DNA of 19,727 nt, from the NCBI GenBank assembly GCA_031364845.1, contig JANLWX010000197.1, positions 1-19,727 of the forward strand, in the 5' to 3' direction. The first letter of the stretch is position 1. Each line of letters starts with the position of its first letter. Of this stretch, positions 17,523 to 19,727 are shown piece by piece. The DNA is from Candidatus Eiseniibacteriota bacterium (lineage in GTDB: Bacteria > Eisenbacteria > RBG-16-71-46). The notes below the pieces were generated by a model. The model saw only the letters and a program-made list of their open reading frames with translations, did not search any database and was not told where the DNA came from. The translations under genes and the position numbers were made by a program.

Positions 17523-19727
17523 TCACGCAGGACCGAGCACCGCCCTGACTTTGTGCGTGGCACCGTCGTCCGTGAGCCGGATGCCCGCTTTGGGATCGAG
17601 CGCTGTTCCATCCAGCTCGAGGCTCACGATGCCCGTGGTTGCATGGTTCGGGTTCTCGATCTGCACTTCGTAGGTCGCCGAGTGATGCCGCAGGCGGATC
17701 GAGTAACCCGGCCAGTTGCGCGGGATCGCCGGATCCAGATGCAGGACGCCGTCGCGCACGCGCACACCGAGAATCCACTCCAGCCCCGCGCGATGGAGCC
17801 AGCCGGCGGCCCCGGTGTACCACGTCCAGCCACCGCGGCCGGTGTGCGGGGGCTCGGCGTAGACGTCGGCCGCGACGACGTACGGCTCGGCGCCGTAGCG
17901 CTGCATGTCCTCACGGTTCGTGGCGTGCATGATCGGATTCAACATCTGGAAGATCGCGGCCGCGCGATCGCCGTCGCCGAGCTCGGCGAACGCGATCGCG
18001 GTCCACACCGCCGCGTGTGTGTACTGCCCGCCGTTTTCGCGGATGCCGGGCACATAGCCCTTGATGTAGCCCGGCTCGAGCGGCGTGCGATCGAACGGGG
18101 GCGTGAACAGCAGTACCAGGCCCGATGCGGGGCGGATGAGATCGCTCTCGACCGCCGCCATCGCGCGCACCGCGCGTTCGGGATCGGCCGCACCGCTCAG
18201 TACCGCCCACGACTGCGCGATCGAATCGATCCGGCACTCGTCGCCCGAGTCGGTTCCGAGCGGAGTTCCGTCGTCGAAGTACGCGCGCCGGTACCAGCCG
18301 CCGTCCCACCCGTGGCGTTCCAATGCCGCGGCCATTTCGGTCATGTGCGTGCGCCACGCGAGCGCGCGCGCGGGTTCGCCGCGCGCTTCCGCAATCGGGG
18401 CGAACGCGCGCAGGTTGGCGTACAGGAACCAGCCGAGCCACACGCTCTCGCCCTTGCCGCCTTCGCCGACCCGGTTCATCCCGTCGTTCCAGTCGCCGGT
18501 CCCCATCAACGGCAGCCCGTGACTTCCGACCGCGAGGCTGCGATCGAGCGTGCGCGCGCAATGCTCGTACAACGAGGCGCGCTCGTTCGAAATCCGCGGC
18601 TCGAAGTACGACTCGTGCTGATCTTCGTTCAGCGTCTCGCCGTCGAGGAACGGCACGATCTCACCGAGCACGGCGTGATCGCCGCTCGCCGCGATGTACT
18701 GGGTCACCGCGTACGGCAGCCACAGCAGGTCGTCCGAGATGCGCGTGCGCACACCACGGCCCGACGGCGGATGCCACCAGTGCTGGACGTCGCCCGCGAC
18801 GAACTGGCGCGCGGCGGCGCGCAACAGATGCGCGCGGGTGAGGTCGGGCCGCACGTTGCTCAAGGCCATCATGTCCTGGAGCTGGTCGCGGAATCCGTAG
18901 GCGCCGCCCGCCTGATAGAACCCGGCGCGCGCCCAGATGCGCGAGCTGAGCGCCTGGTACAGGAGCCAGCGGTTCACGAGCAGATCCATCGCGGGCTCCG
19001 GGGTGGAAATCTGAACCGCCCCCAGCACCTCGTCCCAGCGCCGCGTCACCTCGCGCAGCAGTTCGTCGATGTTCGCCTTGCGATAGCGCCCGATCAGCTC
19101 CCGCGCGCGGTCGCGGTCGGCGGTCTCGCCCAATAGAAATACGATGTCCGCGCGCGCGCCGGGCCTTATCTCGATCACGGTGCGCAACGCGGCGCACGGG
19201 TCGAGACCCGCTCCGACCTTGCCCGACAGCGGATCTTGAATCCGAAGCGCGCGCGGCAGCGCGGTCGAGCCGTTGCGTCCGAGGAACTCGGTGCGGTCTG
19301 CGGTCCATGACGTCTGCTTGCCGGCGAGATCGGCAAACGCGATACGCCCGCCGAACTCGCCGCTCCATGCGCTGCGCGCGAACACCGCGTTCGTCATCCC
19401 GTCGATCTCGGTGATGACGTGCGGAGGCCGCCCGCCGCGCGATTCGCCGAGCACCCACTCGACGTACGCGACGATCGAGATGCGGCGCGTGCGGCCCGAG
19501 AGATTCTTCAACGAGATGCGCGTGATCTTGACCGGATCCTCGGGCGGAACGAACTGCAGCATTTCGCTCGAGATGCCGCGCGCCGTGTGACGGAAGCGGC
19601 TGTAGCCCTGGCCGTGATGAGCGGCATGGAACGCGGTTGCACTGCGTACCGGCAGCGCAGTGGGGCACCACACTTCGCCCGAGGCTTCGTCGCGGAAATA
19701 GAACACCTCACCCGACGAATCGGAGAC
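17523..19727 (-). CDS. GH94 glycoside phosphorylase domain, probably the C-terminal part of a cyclic beta-1,2-glucan synthase/phosphorylase (NdvB/ChvB/Cgs-like); 5'-truncated at the window edge
   Basis: The frame is open to the window end (VSDSSGEVFYFRDE...). Motifs HGQGYSRF, DRTEFLGRNG, GAGLDPCAAL, FYQAGGAYGFRDQLQD, GDVQHWWHPPSGRGVRTRISDDLLWLP, catalytic GTGDWNDGMN, GYIKGYVPGIRENGGQYTHAA and GRGGWTWYTGAAGW. Confidence 0.9.
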   Translation of the reverse strand, partial: VSDSSGEVFYFRDEASGEVWCPTALPVRSATAFHAAHHGQGYSRFRHTARGISSEMLQFVPPEDPVKITRISLKNLSGRTRRISIVAYVEWVLGESRGGRPPHVITEIDGMTNAVFARSAWSGEFGGRIAFADLAGKQTSWTADRTEFLGRNGSTALPRALRIQDPLSGKVGAGLDPCAALRTVIEIRPGARADIVFLLGETADRDRARELIGRYRKANIDELLREVTRRWDEVLGAVQISTPEPAMDLLVNRWLLYQALSSRIWARAGFYQAGGAYGFRDQLQDMMALSNVRPDLTRAHLLRAAARQFVAGDVQHWWHPPSGRGVRTRISDDLLWLPYAVTQYIAASGDHAVLGEIVPFLDGETLNEDQHESYFEPRISNERASLYEHCARTLDRSLAVGSHGLPLMGTGDWNDGMNRVGEGGKGESVWLGWFLYANLRAFAPIAEARGEPARALAWRTHMTEMAAALERHGWDGGWYRRAYFDDGTPLGTDSGDECRIDSIAQSWAVLSGAADPERAVRAMAAVESDLIRPASGLVLLFTPPFDRTPLEPGYIKGYVPGIRENGGQYTHAAVWTAIAFAELGDGDRAAAIFQMLNPIMHATNREDMQRYGAEPYVVAADVYAEPPHTGRGGWTWYTGAAGWLHRAGLEWILGVRVRDGVLHLDPAIPRNWPGYSIRLRHHSATYEVQIENPNHATTGIVSLELDGTALDPKAGIRLTDDGATHKVRAVLGPA

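Noticed and set aside
1..19727. CRISPR array, tRNA/rRNA, IS element or intrinsic terminators
   Set aside because: By eye I found no regularly spaced direct repeats, cloverleaf or rRNA signatures, transposase motifs, or hairpin-plus-U-tract elements. The convergent gene junctions (1077-1094 and 17514-17522) are too short to hold one entirely.

Overview
High-GC bacterial genomic window. The secreted propeller/FlgD-type protein and the HNH family suggest an FCB-group lineage such as Candidatus Eisenbacteria, but this is inference only. The core is a co-oriented nitrogen-assimilation cluster of three genes: (1) an FAD-binding (VAO/PCMH, GlcD-like) protein carrying four ferredoxin-type CxxCxxCxxxC motifs, (2) a type III glutamine synthetase, and (3) a giant glutamate synthase-like reading frame (8781-15380, about 2199 codons). 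The third gene has a non-canonical domain order: degenerate barrel - FMN barrel - internal class II glutamine amidotransferase - GXGXG. One in-frame TAA at 9237-9239 interrupts it, within a patch that looks error-laden. No gltD is present in the window. Flanking genes encode a 5'-truncated HNH nuclease-family protein, a secreted beta-propeller protein with a C-terminal FlgD/T9SS-like domain, a zinc-ribbon rhomboid protease, an alpha/beta hydrolase, a DUF72 protein, a small outer-membrane beta-barrel, and the C-terminal GH94 part of an NdvB/Cgs-like glucan phosphorylase that runs off the right edge. No rRNA, tRNA, CRISPR array or transposase was recognised. All family assignments come from motif recognition by eye, not from database searches.
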